A stretch of DNA of 64,000 bases from Clostridiales bacterium (GTDB lineage Bacteria > Bacillota > Clostridia > Saccharofermentanales > Saccharofermentanaceae), in assembly GCA_017513085.1 (NCBI GenBank), contig JAFWDK010000016.1:1-64000 (forward strand), read 5' to 3'. Shown here one piece after another: positions 19,869-29,847 of this stretch. The notes under the pieces are model-generated. The model was not told the origin of the DNA, did not search any database, and worked only from the letters and a program-made list of their open reading frames with translations. Both the position numbers and the translations under genes were made by a program. Positions within the stretch are counted from its first letter, which is position 1. Every line of letters starts with the position of its first letter.

Positions 19869-20261
19869 TTAAGAAATCGTTAAGAGAACGTCGCCGGTTG
19901 CAACCGTCGCGCCCTTGGAAGTGAGGATCTGTCCTACTGTACCGGCACAAGGAGCATAGATCTCGTTTTCCATCTTCATGGCTTCAAGAACGACTACCAG
20001 ATCGCCTTCCTTGACAGCCTGACCAGCTGTAACGTTGATCTTTAAGATCGTACCCGGAAGCGGAGCCGGAACCGGAGTACCGGAAACAGGACCTGCGGCC
20101 GGAGCCGGAGCAGCAGCTGCAGGAGCCGCGGCCGGTGCAGCGGCGGTAGCGGCAGCCGGAGCCGGAGCCGCAACAACATCTGTTGTTCTGACAAGGTTTG
20201 CTTTACCCTTCTCTACTTCTACTTCATATACTTTATCGTTGATAGTTACGTTATAAATCAT
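19869..20261 (-). CDS. Biotin carboxyl carrier protein
   Basis: Ala/Pro linker; EAMKM biotinylation motif. Confidence 0.95.
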   Translation of the reverse strand: MIYNVTINDKVYEVEVEKGKANLVRTTDVVAAPAPAAATAAAPAAAPAAAAPAPAAGPVSGTPVPAPLPGTILKINVTAGQAVKEGDLVVVLEAMKMENEIYAPCAGTVGQILTSKGATVATGDVLLTIS

Positions 20262-20275
20262 TTGCCGACTCTCCT

Positions 20276-20662
20276 TTACTTTTCTTCCACCAGCGTGATG
20301 GACTTAAAGATAAGTTCATTAAGCGGGATTTTGGTGTTATCACTGACGATCGCCATGATCATGGCTGCCGTCTTCTCATCACAGCCCTTAAGTTTCAGAG
20401 CACCGGAAGAGAACTCTTCACCGGAATCTTCAGAAACTACTGGTGCAGCGGGAGCATTTGCCGCCGGTGCAGCAACAGGGGCAGGTGTTTTCGCCTTAGT
20501 TGCGGATCCAACGACCGCTCCGAAGAGACGGATGCAGATAAAGATCAGGAAGAGAACTGCAAATACGATCGCCCAGGTAAAAAGGGCAACGCCAAGAGCT
20601 TCTCCGAAGCCATACTTTCTTAAGCCGTCTTCAACAGAAAGCAAAACTATTGTAGGATTCAT
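20276..20662 (-). CDS. oadG: Decarboxylase gamma/delta subunit (OadG family)
   Basis: Single TM segment, Ala/Pro linker, AAMIMAIVS; operon context. Confidence 0.8.
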   Translation of the reverse strand: MNPTIVLLSVEDGLRKYGFGEALGVALFTWAIVFAVLFLIFICIRLFGAVVGSATKAKTPAPVAAPAANAPAAPVVSEDSGEEFSSGALKLKGCDEKTAAMIMAIVSDNTKIPLNELIFKSITLVEEK

Positions 20663-20666
20663 GGAA

Positions 20667-22052
20667 TCAATCCTCCTTCTTCTCGATCGTGTAGTTCACG
20701 GTATTGCTCTCCTGCTCTTCACGATAATCGAAATACTTCTCAGCTACCTGAGGGAAAGCAATGTAAGAGAGAACATCCTCGTCAGAACGGGCACGCTTAC
20801 CGAGTTCTGCCTTAGTCTTCTCGAAAACAGGTTCGAGAGAATCTGCAAATCTGCCTTTAACGAGTTCTTCTGGCTTCCAGCATCTGTCGATGAGCTCCTG
20901 GTTAACTTCCCCCGGTGCTCTACCGTATTCACCACGGAGATACGCCTTGATCTCCTTGGAAATATTCTTGTAACGCTGACCAAGGAGTACGTTCTGAACT
21001 GCCTGGTTACCAACCATCTGCGAAAGAGGTGTAACGAGCGGCGGATATCCCATATCCTTACGTACTGCCGGGATCTCAGCCAAAGCTTCGTCGAACTTAT
21101 CAAGAGCGTTCATATCCTTGAGGTTTGCGATCATGTTGGAGAGCATGCCGCCCGGAACCTGATACTTAAGGATATCAGCCTTGATGCCCATAACGGTAGG
21201 ATTGAGTGTACCATTGTCAAGGAACTTCTTTCTTACCGGAACGAAGAAATCAGCAATCTCCTTAAGTATGTTTGTATCAAGACCGGACTCATAGCCGAAC
21301 TGACCCATCGTATAAGCCATTGTCTCTGTGCAAGGCTGTGAAGTACCGCCGGCAAAAGAGGAGATCGCGCAGTCAATACCATCCACACCGGCCTCGATCG
21401 CCTTCATAAGAGTCATCGGACCCATGCCTGTTGTATGGTGTGTGTGGAAGAAGAGAGGAACGGAAATCTTTGCATCCTTGATCGCCTTTACGAGATCGTA
21501 AGCTTCCTTAGGAGAGCAGATACCTGCCATATCCTTGATCGCGATGGAATCAACACCCATCTTCTCGAGTTCTTTACACATTTCGACGTACTTCTCAAGT
21601 GTATGTACAGGAGAGGTCGTGTAGCAGATGCAACCCTGTGCATGCTTGCCGCACTTCTTCACTTCGTCAATGCACACTTCAATATTTCTGAAGTCGTTCA
21701 GCGCATCGAAGATACGGAAGATGTCCATGCCGTTCTCGGCAGACTTTCTAATAAAGAGACGAACCACGTCATCCGGATAATGCTTATAGCCAAGGATGTT
21801 CTGTCCTCGAAGGAGCATCTGCAGAGGAGTCTTCTTAACCTTCGCCTTGATCTTGCGAAGTCTCTCCCATGGATCCTCATTCAAATAGCGGAGGCAGGAA
21901 TCGAAGGTAGCGCCTCCCCAGCACTCCAGCGAATAATAGCCCGCTTCATCGAGTTTTTCAAGAATGTCTTCGAAATCCGAAAACGGCATTCTTGTTGCGA
22001 TAAGCGACTGATTCGCATCACGCAATACTGTCTCTGTAATGTTCACTTTCAT
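20667..22052 (-). CDS. oadA: Oxaloacetate decarboxylase alpha / pyruvate carboxyltransferase subunit
   Basis: LRDANQSLIATR, WGGATFD, IKDMAG, HTH, VPGGMLSN, PLVTPLSQMVG. Confidence 0.93.
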   Translation of the reverse strand: MKVNITETVLRDANQSLIATRMPFSDFEDILEKLDEAGYYSLECWGGATFDSCLRYLNEDPWERLRKIKAKVKKTPLQMLLRGQNILGYKHYPDDVVRLFIRKSAENGMDIFRIFDALNDFRNIEVCIDEVKKCGKHAQGCICYTTSPVHTLEKYVEMCKELEKMGVDSIAIKDMAGICSPKEAYDLVKAIKDAKISVPLFFHTHHTTGMGPMTLMKAIEAGVDGIDCAISSFAGGTSQPCTETMAYTMGQFGYESGLDTNILKEIADFFVPVRKKFLDNGTLNPTVMGIKADILKYQVPGGMLSNMIANLKDMNALDKFDEALAEIPAVRKDMGYPPLVTPLSQMVGNQAVQNVLLGQRYKNISKEIKAYLRGEYGRAPGEVNQELIDRCWKPEELVKGRFADSLEPVFEKTKAELGKRARSDEDVLSYIAFPQVAEKYFDYREEQESNTVNYTIEKKED

Positions 22053-22338
22053 ACGATGCGTCTCTCCTTATGTGTTAATTTTTTGAAACATATCAAAGGG
22101 AAAAATGAGAATAGAAAACCCAACTTTTTCCGAATACAGTATAGCCGAAATAGATTGGCAACACAAGGAAAAAAGTTGGGTTTTCGAGTCAAAATTATCT
22201 GTTCTTTCTCTGATGCGGATCAGATCGTTCCGCGCTCGATTCCGTAGGAATTACAGATGTACGCATACTCCGCATTTGTGTCCGGCACACTTCCACCAAA
22301 CCTGCTTCTCTTCTTATCAGAGAAAGACACCGGTTTGA

Positions 22339-24114
22339 TCATATGGTATCGCCGTTGGGTTTTAAATTTGTTGATTTGGCAGCAGATGGCGCCGGAGCAC
22401 CGAGTTTGATCACCTGATCAGCGCCGGCGATCGTAGACAAACGATGGGCGATAATAAAGCCGGTCCTTCCCTTGGTCATATTCTCAAAAGCTTCAACGAT
22501 ACGCTTTTCCGTTAATGTGTCGACAGCAGATGTCGCCTCGTCCAGGATCAGAAGCGAAGGATCCATCAGAAGTACGCGCGCGATGCAAAGAAGCTGTTTC
22601 TGGCCTTCTGACAGAGAAAGCTCCTGTCCCAGGACCGTATCATAACCATTCGGAAGACGCATGATGAACCCGTGCGCTCTTGCCGCCTGTGCCGCCCTGA
22701 CGATCTCCTCTTCCGTCGCATCCGGTTTTCCATACGCGATATTATCACGGATCGACGCTTCGAGCAGCCACGTCTCCTGAAGCACCATACCGAACATTCT
22801 GCGCAACTTCGCACGTGGGATATCACGGATATCTTTTCCATCGATCACGATCCGCCCGGAATCCTGCTCATAAAACCGCATCAGAAGATTCATGAGCGTC
22901 GTCTTTCCACATCCTGTCGGTCCGATGATCGCGACTTTCTGTCCCGGTTCCACTTTGAGCGAAAAATCGTCGAAGATCTTCTTCTCTTTGGTATACCCGA
23001 AATTCACATGCTCAAAAAGCACTTCTCCTTTTCCACCCGGTTCTTGTTCCACAGTATCTTCGCAAGCCTTCTCTTCACTCTCTTCCGGAAGATCCAGGAT
23101 CGTGAACACGCGTGTAAGAGAAGCAAATGCTGCCATGATCTGTGTCGTGATATTCGTCAGATCGTTGATCGGCTTACTGAAGTTTTTCCAGAAAAGGAAA
23201 AATGTTGCAATGTTTCCGACGGTAAGCCCACCGAACCAGACACCCAGCGCACCGATCAGGATATACGTCGTGCTGTCGACAAAGCGGGTCACCGGATTCG
23301 GAAGTGACGAAGCAAATTGCGCCGTAACGGAGGATGCATTCAGCTCCTCGTTCTTCTCACGGAAAGATCCCAGGAATTTCTCTTCACAGCCAAAGGCTTT
23401 GATCTCTTTTCTCCCGTAAAGATTCTCTTCCACATCGCCGGAGATCTCAGCAACCAGGTTCTGCTGTTTCTTGAAATACTTAGTCGTCTTCTTCGCGATC
23501 GTCGTTGCCGACCAGATCATGAGGACCGCCATCGGCAGAATGATCAGCGTCATTTTCCAGCTGATGAATACCATAAATCCCACCGTACCCATGATCGTAA
23601 CCAGCACAGTGAAGAAATTCAGAAGTCCCTGAAGCATACCTTCGGAAATCGCATCGGCATCGTTGATAAAATACGCAGACGTCTCGCCTTGCGGATGCGT
23701 ATCGTAAAAAGAGATCGGCAAACGAGTCAGCTTGAGAGAAAGTGCTTTTCGGACCTCCAAAGCCGTCTTGGCCGCAACGATATTGGCAAAGAAACTGACG
23801 ACCCAGGTGAACAGCGCTGCCACCAGGTACATGCCGAGAAGGATCACGGCGCGGGTACCAAGGAACGAAAGATCCACCGCTCCTACATCGCCCATATTGT
23901 CGATCGTATCACCGAGGAGTGCAGGGGCAACGACCTGCAAGCCTCCGCTGACGATGGCCGCGAAGATCAGAAGAAGGAGGGAAAATTTCGACGTGCCGGT
24001 AAAACGAAGCAGCGCGCCCAGATCTTTGAGAGAGATACGGTTTTTTCCGGAAGACATCTTCGCCGCATCCGGATTCAGATTACCCATACCGCTAAGCATT
24101 GAGTCTTTGGCCAT
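22339..24114 (-). CDS. Heterodimeric ABC exporter subunit (TMD+NBD)
   Basis: GPTGCGKT, LSEGQKQ, LILDEATS, AHRL. Start at ATG 24114 (TAATG coupling). The C-terminus is somewhat short. Confidence 0.92.
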   Translation of the reverse strand: MAKDSMLSGMGNLNPDAAKMSSGKNRISLKDLGALLRFTGTSKFSLLLLIFAAIVSGGLQVVAPALLGDTIDNMGDVGAVDLSFLGTRAVILLGMYLVAALFTWVVSFFANIVAAKTALEVRKALSLKLTRLPISFYDTHPQGETSAYFINDADAISEGMLQGLLNFFTVLVTIMGTVGFMVFISWKMTLIILPMAVLMIWSATTIAKKTTKYFKKQQNLVAEISGDVEENLYGRKEIKAFGCEEKFLGSFREKNEELNASSVTAQFASSLPNPVTRFVDSTTYILIGALGVWFGGLTVGNIATFFLFWKNFSKPINDLTNITTQIMAAFASLTRVFTILDLPEESEEKACEDTVEQEPGGKGEVLFEHVNFGYTKEKKIFDDFSLKVEPGQKVAIIGPTGCGKTTLMNLLMRFYEQDSGRIVIDGKDIRDIPRAKLRRMFGMVLQETWLLEASIRDNIAYGKPDATEEEIVRAAQAARAHGFIMRLPNGYDTVLGQELSLSEGQKQLLCIARVLLMDPSLLILDEATSAVDTLTEKRIVEAFENMTKGRTGFIIAHRLSTIAGADQVIKLGAPAPSAAKSTNLKPNGDTI

Positions 24115-25877
24115 TATTCCACACCTCCCATCTCTTGAGAGCGGGCAATACGCGAATACGCCTCGCACTCCGTCAGCAACGATTCGTGTTTTCCTTGTCC
24201 GACCACGCTGCCGTTATCCAAAACAATGATCCAATCCGAATCAAGGATCTCGGAGATCTTCGAGGAGATCTCCACCACCGTACGGTGATGCTCTTTTACA
24301 TGCTCGGCAAGAGCCGCCGAGAACCTCTCGGAAGTATCCTTATCGAGCGCAGCCGTGCAATCGTCAAACAACAGGATCTCACTGTCCGTACACAGTGCTC
24401 GGGCTATAGAAAGCCTCTGCCTCTGTCCTCCGGAGAAATTCTTGCCTTTCGGTTCGACGCGCGCGTCCAGACCTCCCTTTTCACAGATAAAGTCCCACGC
24501 CTGCGCAACCTGACACCTTTTCTGAAGCTCCTCATCAGAAAGCGCAGTACTTCTTCCGAGATTCAGGTTTTCACGGATCGTCCCTTCAAAAAGCACTGTC
24601 GTCTGGAACACCGGTGCCATTTTTTCGCGAAGAGTCTTGTCGTCGATTGTTTTAATGGATCTGCCGTTTACATAGATATGCCCTTTGTCGGTCTCATAGA
24701 GCCGCAGCAGCAGAGAAATGATCGTCGACTTACCGGAACCTGTCGTACCGATGATGCCTAGTTTTTCTCCTTTTCTGAGTTCGAAGGAAACGTTTTTGAG
24801 TGCGTAGTATTCCTCTTTATCGTCTTTTCCGCTCAAGTAAGAGAAAGATACATCTTTCCACTTCACAATAGCTTTTTCATCGTGGTCCTCAGCCAAATCA
24901 CCTTTCTCCGGCTCGCTTCGTCCGGGTTCCATTTCCAGGATCTGCTCGATCCTCTCCGCCGAAACAAAAGAACGGGAAAAAATCACGACAAGATTTCCAA
25001 GCTTATTCAGTTCATCGAATATAGTAAAAATGTACGTCGTGAACGTAAGAAGAAGGCCACTGCTGATGACGCCGTCCTGTATGCGGTAACCGCCGACCCA
25101 AAGCACAAAAACAACAGCCGAATTCATGATCAGGATCGTCACCGGCCGAAGCAGTGCCGAAAAGCGCGAAACCGAGATTGCCTCCCGCGCATATTTCGAA
25201 CTGGCCAGATCCGTACTGTCCTGATGGTCCTTTTCACGTGAAAAAGCCCGGATGACACGGATACCGGAAAGTCTCTCGTTCACATTTTTCCCGATTCCGT
25301 CCAGCATTTTCTGCACGATACGGTAGCGGACGAATGTCACCCGTATGATAGAAAGAAGAGTGACCAGGAACAAGAGCGAGCCCGCAGCGATCACGACGGA
25401 CATCGGTGCGTCGAGGATGATCGTCGCAATGATGAATCCCAACGTGATAAAAGGGATACGGAAAACCAGCCGGATAAACATCGATACACCGGTCGACACC
25501 TGATTCACATCGGAAGTCATGGCAACATTCAAAAATGATACGCCGCACTTTTCCTGTTGCGCCACACTCAACGAGTTTACTTTCGTCAGAAGCCGGTCGC
25601 GAAGTCCCGCCCCGACTCCGGCACTTGCTTTTGCCGCACAATACTGGCAGACTGCCGCGGAAGCGAGTCCCAGCGCCGCCATGCCAAACATCAGAAGCGC
25701 GGTACGGATGATAAAACCTCGACTGTCGGAAGAAAAACCCGTATCCACGATCTTGCCCATCAGGATCGGAAGGAATATCTCCAGGACCGCCTCGACAAGC
25801 TTCGCCGAGGGACCGACGATGAACTCCCTCTTATACTTCCTCATTTCATAAAACAAATGCCTGTACTTCTTTTTCAT
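24114..25877 (-). CDS. Heterodimeric ABC exporter subunit (TMD+NBD, degenerate Walker B and H-switch)
   Basis: GTTGSGKS, FSGGQRQ, LLFDDCT. Confidence 0.92.
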   Translation of the reverse strand: MKKKYRHLFYEMRKYKREFIVGPSAKLVEAVLEIFLPILMGKIVDTGFSSDSRGFIIRTALLMFGMAALGLASAAVCQYCAAKASAGVGAGLRDRLLTKVNSLSVAQQEKCGVSFLNVAMTSDVNQVSTGVSMFIRLVFRIPFITLGFIIATIILDAPMSVVIAAGSLLFLVTLLSIIRVTFVRYRIVQKMLDGIGKNVNERLSGIRVIRAFSREKDHQDSTDLASSKYAREAISVSRFSALLRPVTILIMNSAVVFVLWVGGYRIQDGVISSGLLLTFTTYIFTIFDELNKLGNLVVIFSRSFVSAERIEQILEMEPGRSEPEKGDLAEDHDEKAIVKWKDVSFSYLSGKDDKEEYYALKNVSFELRKGEKLGIIGTTGSGKSTIISLLLRLYETDKGHIYVNGRSIKTIDDKTLREKMAPVFQTTVLFEGTIRENLNLGRSTALSDEELQKRCQVAQAWDFICEKGGLDARVEPKGKNFSGGQRQRLSIARALCTDSEILLFDDCTAALDKDTSERFSAALAEHVKEHHRTVVEISSKISEILDSDWIIVLDNGSVVGQGKHESLLTECEAYSRIARSQEMGGVE

Positions 25878-25954
25878 AACCCTCTACTATCTGTCTTTCC
25901 CTTTGCTGTCCATTATCTGTTCAGTATTCCCGATCTTTAGGATCCGGCTCTTCA

Positions 25955-26128
25955 TCAGATCTGTTTTCTTACTGTCTTATACTCCCCGTCTTCGATATAG
26001 TAAGCACACGTCTGCTTCGGTCCGGACATCATGCGCTCCCACGCATCCTGGTCGATCGGCGCCTCGCAGAAATACTCCCCGCTTTCATCATCGAAAACAT
26101 AATTGGAACATCTTTCACAATCGCTCAT
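25955..26128 (-). CDS. Small Cys-rich protein (57 aa), resembles the DUF6472 family
   Basis: AGGTGA RBS; MSDCERCSNYVFDDESGEYFCEAPIDQDAWERMMSGPKQTCAYYIEDGEYKTVRKQI; below the ORF-track cutoff. Confidence 0.8.
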   Translation of the reverse strand: MSDCERCSNYVFDDESGEYFCEAPIDQDAWERMMSGPKQTCAYYIEDGEYKTVRKQI

Positions 26129-26153
26129 ATTCTATCACCTTTTCCCCATCGTT

Positions 26154-27041
26154 TTATCGACGGTCCTCACTTACCCGCCTGTGCTTCTTTCTATATTCAC
26201 TCGGCATTTCACCCATATGTTTCTTAAATGCTTCGGCAAAATAACTCGCGCCGGAAAAACCTACCTCATATGCGATATCCACCACCGGCATATCCGTATT
26301 CGTCAGAAGCTCCGCGCCTTTTCTCAGGCGGAACATCATCAGGTACATGATCGGCGTCTGGTTAAGGTATTTCTGGAACAGCTGGCAACAATTCGTCTTC
26401 CCGATATTTCCCACTTGACGGATATCGTCCAGCGTCACCTTGCCACGGTAATTCGCCGCGATATACGAGATCATGTCCTTCAACTGCGAAAGCTGCGGCG
26501 AACTGGCACGAACCTTGGCCGGCACTTTTCCCGAGTGAAGGAAAAGCTGCTCCCAGATCAGAAAAAACTGTCCCTGCGCACCCAGCTCCAGCGTGATCTC
26601 ATGTCTCATATAGTATACACGGTTTATGGCATCGAGAACATTTCTTTGCCACTCCATATCCGGTTTCAGCATCTGATAAGAATAATTCGTATTCTCGATG
26701 ACCGGAAGAACAAATCGGTTCTCGATCTCCTTCGTCGCACAAAGGAGCATCGGGTGAAAACGCACCGTAATAAACTCGCACTCAAAACGTCCACCGGACG
26801 ATATATCGTGCACCTGCCTCGAATTGATGAAGATCCCTTCCTCCTCTTCCAGAAGCACACTCTCACCGTTGACCGTGCAACGCATATGCCCGCGAAGGAT
26901 CACCAAAAACTCCACTTCATCGTGCCAATGGCTGTCCACCTCAAATTTCGGATAATTAGAAAGCCACTCTCTCCTGATCACCGCCGGGAACTCGACTTCA
27001 TCATAATTGACACCAATCGAATTTTCTATTTCCTTTTCCAT
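26154..27041 (-). CDS. AraC-family regulator with an N-terminal cupin domain
   Basis: HWHDEVEF cupin; IAYEVGFSGASYFAEAFKKHMGEMPSEYR. The start could be the GTG at 27071. Confidence 0.92.
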   Translation of the reverse strand: MEKEIENSIGVNYDEVEFPAVIRREWLSNYPKFEVDSHWHDEVEFLVILRGHMRCTVNGESVLLEEEEGIFINSRQVHDISSGGRFECEFITVRFHPMLLCATKEIENRFVLPVIENTNYSYQMLKPDMEWQRNVLDAINRVYYMRHEITLELGAQGQFFLIWEQLFLHSGKVPAKVRASSPQLSQLKDMISYIAANYRGKVTLDDIRQVGNIGKTNCCQLFQKYLNQTPIMYLMMFRLRKGAELLTNTDMPVVDIAYEVGFSGASYFAEAFKKHMGEMPSEYRKKHRRVSEDRR

Positions 27042-27135
27042 TCCACTCTGTCCTTTGTCCTTCAAAAGCACTGAAGTTTCAGGCTCATCCCCTCATCCGA
27101 AGCTTAGTTCTTTCTTTGATAATATCAGATACTAC

Positions 27136-27197
27136 GAAATATTGTTATAGTATCAGGAACTATTCTAATTGAAACTGAGCGATTTGTACACTACAAT
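27136..27197 (+). promoter_or_regulatory. Sigma-A promoter with 21-bp-period direct repeats (candidate AraC sites)
   Basis: GAAATATTGTTATAG (27136) and GAACTATTCTAATTG (27157); TTGAAA(27169)-N17-TACAAT(27192). Confidence 0.6.
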
Positions 27198-27203
27198 AAA
27201 AAA

Positions 27204-27306
27204 CGTCAACAGACATCTCCCGTTTGTATGACTAAAATATTATCCTCTTCCTCACGGTTTGACCATCTCATCCCCAATGGTTGCTCTAACAGTGAGGAAT
27301 TTTTTT
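27204..27306 (+). ncRNA. Candidate ~100-nt small RNA
   Basis: Promoter upstream; no RBS-led ORF; CU-rich motifs; TTCCTCAC/GTGAGGAA stem followed by T7. Confidence 0.5.
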
Positions 27307-27371
27307 GTCTCAAAAACCGATCTCAAAAATACAGTTTTTTCATGCTTTCTTCACTACAAGGGAGATGAAAC

Positions 27372-27854
27372 TCAGTGCTTTTGCTTCTCCTGTACACGGC
27401 GCAACGCCTGATTCATCTCCTGATTTTTCGTCTTCTCCGCCTTGACACCCAAGAAGATCGAGACGATCAGACAGGCTCCGAATCCCACAGCAAAACCAAG
27501 AACACTCTCAAGGTTCTTCGGACGGAACCATCCGAAGAGCCATACGGCCAGACAGATCATGATGATCTCGACCGTGAACATGGCCACCAGGCGGACGCTG
27601 GGTTTGGCATTTTTAATGATCAGTTCCGACATGAATATAAGCCTGTTGATCCCCGTCAGCACGGAAACAATACCGAACTGAAGAAGTGTCTCTTTTGAAA
27701 GACCGCCACCGAAAGAATAGATGGTGGAGAGCTCACTCTGCTTATCTGCCAGACCGGAGGGCGAGATCCAAAGCACGATCAGCGCTACCGTGATCTGCAT
27801 CGTCATCGCCACACATATACAGTAAAAGAATTCACTTATCGATTTCTTATCCAT
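27372..27854 (-). CDS. DUF3021-like membrane protein
   Basis: Four TM segments, WLFGWF, C-terminal KNQEMNQAL; adjacent to LytTR. Confidence 0.75.
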   Translation of the reverse strand: MDKKSISEFFYCICVAMTMQITVALIVLWISPSGLADKQSELSTIYSFGGGLSKETLLQFGIVSVLTGINRLIFMSELIIKNAKPSVRLVAMFTVEIIMICLAVWLFGWFRPKNLESVLGFAVGFGACLIVSIFLGVKAEKTKNQEMNQALRRVQEKQKH

Positions 27855-27867
27855 ATTCCAACCTCTC

Positions 27868-28308
27868 CTACTTCAGTCCCAGACGTTCCCGCAATTCGTC
27901 CGCATAGAACCGGGAAGCGATCAGTTTCTCTCCGTTGTCCATCGTGATCCGGATCCGATGGTTGATATCCGTCCGCAAAGACTGAATATGTTTCAGAGAA
28001 AGTAAGGTCGACTTACTGACACGGAAAAAGCCCGAGGCAGCCAACTGCTGCTCGAGCTCGTACATCTTCGAATCCGACTCATATACCGCTTTCTCTGTAT
28101 AGACAAAGCATTTTCGTTCCACCGCTTCCAGATACAGGATATCTTCCAGATTCAGAAGGAAAACTTCCCCGTCCTTCTTTACGGTCAATTTTCTATCCAA
28201 CACTCGAAGCATAGACATGATCTTCTCCACCTCCGGTGTCACCGAAGGGCAAGTTACACTGATCTCTGTCTCCGGATGTTCCGGATCAATATTGAACGAT
28301 ATCTTCAT
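27868..28308 (-). CDS. Stand-alone LytTR DNA-binding protein
   Basis: ILYLEA, FFRVSKSTLL, NGEKLIASRFY; no receiver domain. Confidence 0.92.
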   Translation of the reverse strand: MKISFNIDPEHPETEISVTCPSVTPEVEKIMSMLRVLDRKLTVKKDGEVFLLNLEDILYLEAVERKCFVYTEKAVYESDSKMYELEQQLAASGFFRVSKSTLLSLKHIQSLRTDINHRIRITMDNGEKLIASRFYADELRERLGLK

Positions 28309-29003
28309 TCTCGGTTAAGGCCTCTCTTCTTATATGCCAGTATAAAAACGCCCAGGACGATAATAGCATTGCACGCCAGGATCACCATGCTTTCTGTACT
28401 CATCTTACCATGAATTCCATTATTGAGGAGTTGGTAAAACTGTTCCGTATAGAAATATTTCGCCACTTTGGCCACAGTATCGTTGAACTGGCCGATCATG
28501 GGCAGGAAGGAAAGGATACACATCGCCGGCACCTGCAGGCTGGTCGCCGCCATCTGATTCTTGGCCAGAACTCCGATCGCCGCGCCCAGGAAGATCGAGA
28601 TCAGAAACCCGATCGCCATTAACGCAAGGTAATATCTCCACTCCTCCCCGTTCATGCCGCAGATCCGGCTCATCAGCGTCGCGCCAAGCATGCAGGCGGC
28701 AAGATCGTAGATCCCCACACCCAGAAGATACGAGACCGGACTGACATTACTCATCATGAGCGCACGGAGCGTTCCCTTCTCCTTCTCCTCCGAAATGATC
28801 GCACTCATCGAGGAGATCGGCGCCATCGCCAGATACATCACACTGAAAAGCTTCAGATAGAAATGTTCCGGCATATCCTGAATATTGACTGCATTACTCA
28901 TGACGATCGTGATAAGCGGGAAAAGGATGAACTGGATCAGCACCGCTCTGTTTTTCCTCGTATCGATCATCTGCTTTTGTAAAATTGCCTTTGCTTCTCT
29001 CAT
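28305..29003 (-). CDS. ABC-2 type permease
   Basis: EEKEKGTLRALM; six TM segments. Confidence 0.9.
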   Translation of the reverse strand: MREAKAILQKQMIDTRKNRAVLIQFILFPLITIVMSNAVNIQDMPEHFYLKLFSVMYLAMAPISSMSAIISEEKEKGTLRALMMSNVSPVSYLLGVGIYDLAACMLGATLMSRICGMNGEEWRYYLALMAIGFLISIFLGAAIGVLAKNQMAATSLQVPAMCILSFLPMIGQFNDTVAKVAKYFYTEQFYQLLNNGIHGKMSTESMVILACNAIIVLGVFILAYKKRGLNRE

Positions 29004-29004
29004 C

Positions 29005-29847
29005 TTATGCCTCCAGTTTTCTTCCCGTCAGTTCCATAAAAACCGTCTCCAGATTCGGTTCCTGCGAATGGATCGTCAACAGCCGTCCCTCTTTCAGGAC
29101 CTGCTCGATCCGCTCCACGGCTCCGCCGGCAAAAGGCAGTTGCTCCTTTTCACCATCCGTCGTCGTGATCTCGATCCGTTTCTGATGATCGTAACGAAGA
29201 CATAATTCCCTGGGCGATCCGGACTCCACGATTTTTCCCTCATTTAGCAGTACCAGATGGTCGCAAAGCTTCTCCGCCTCCGTCATATTATGCGTCGTCA
29301 GGAAAATGATGCATCCCGCTTCCTTACGGTTTCTGATGATCTCGTGGATCTCTTTGGCCGTCTGCGGATCCAGCCCGCTTGTCGGCTCATCCAGAAAAAG
29401 CACTTTCGGATGTGTGACCAGTGCACGTGCCAGTCGCAAGCGTTCCTTCATGCCCTTCGAAAACTTGGATACCTCTTTTTTCGCATCCTGATCCAGTTTC
29501 ACTTCCGCCAGCACCTTCCCGATCGCATCCACGGAAACACCATAGATATCGGTGAATACCTTCAGATTCTGATATGCGGTAAGCCTCTCATAAAGCCCTA
29601 AATCATCCATCATGATACCGAACTGCTTCTTATCTTCTCCACTGAGCTTGCGGACATCCGCCCCCATAACCGACGCCTCGCCGGATTCGAACTTCAACTG
29701 CCCGGTCAACACCCGGATCAACGTCGTCTTTCCCGCGCCTGAAGGACCAAGGAGTCCAAATATCTCCCCGTCCCTCACTGTCATGGAAATCCCGTCCAAC
29801 ACCTTCTTCGTTCCAAAACTCTTCGAAAGATTCGTAACCTCAATCAT
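29005..29847 (-). CDS. ABC transporter ATP-binding protein
   Basis: GPSGAGKT, FSKGM, FLDEPTSGLDP, TTH. Confidence 0.95.
   Translation of the reverse strand: MIEVTNLSKSFGTKKVLDGISMTVRDGEIFGLLGPSGAGKTTLIRVLTGQLKFESGEASVMGADVRKLSGEDKKQFGIMMDDLGLYERLTAYQNLKVFTDIYGVSVDAIGKVLAEVKLDQDAKKEVSKFSKGMKERLRLARALVTHPKVLFLDEPTSGLDPQTAKEIHEIIRNRKEAGCIIFLTTHNMTEAEKLCDHLVLLNEGKIVESGSPRELCLRYDHQKRIEITTTDGEKEQLPFAGGAVERIEQVLKEGRLLTIHSQEPNLETVFMELTGRKLEA

Noticed and set aside
27228-27368. 46-codon plus-strand ORF downstream of the AraC-linked promoter
   Set aside because: It has no RBS (the upstream sequence is CU-rich) and runs through the terminator.
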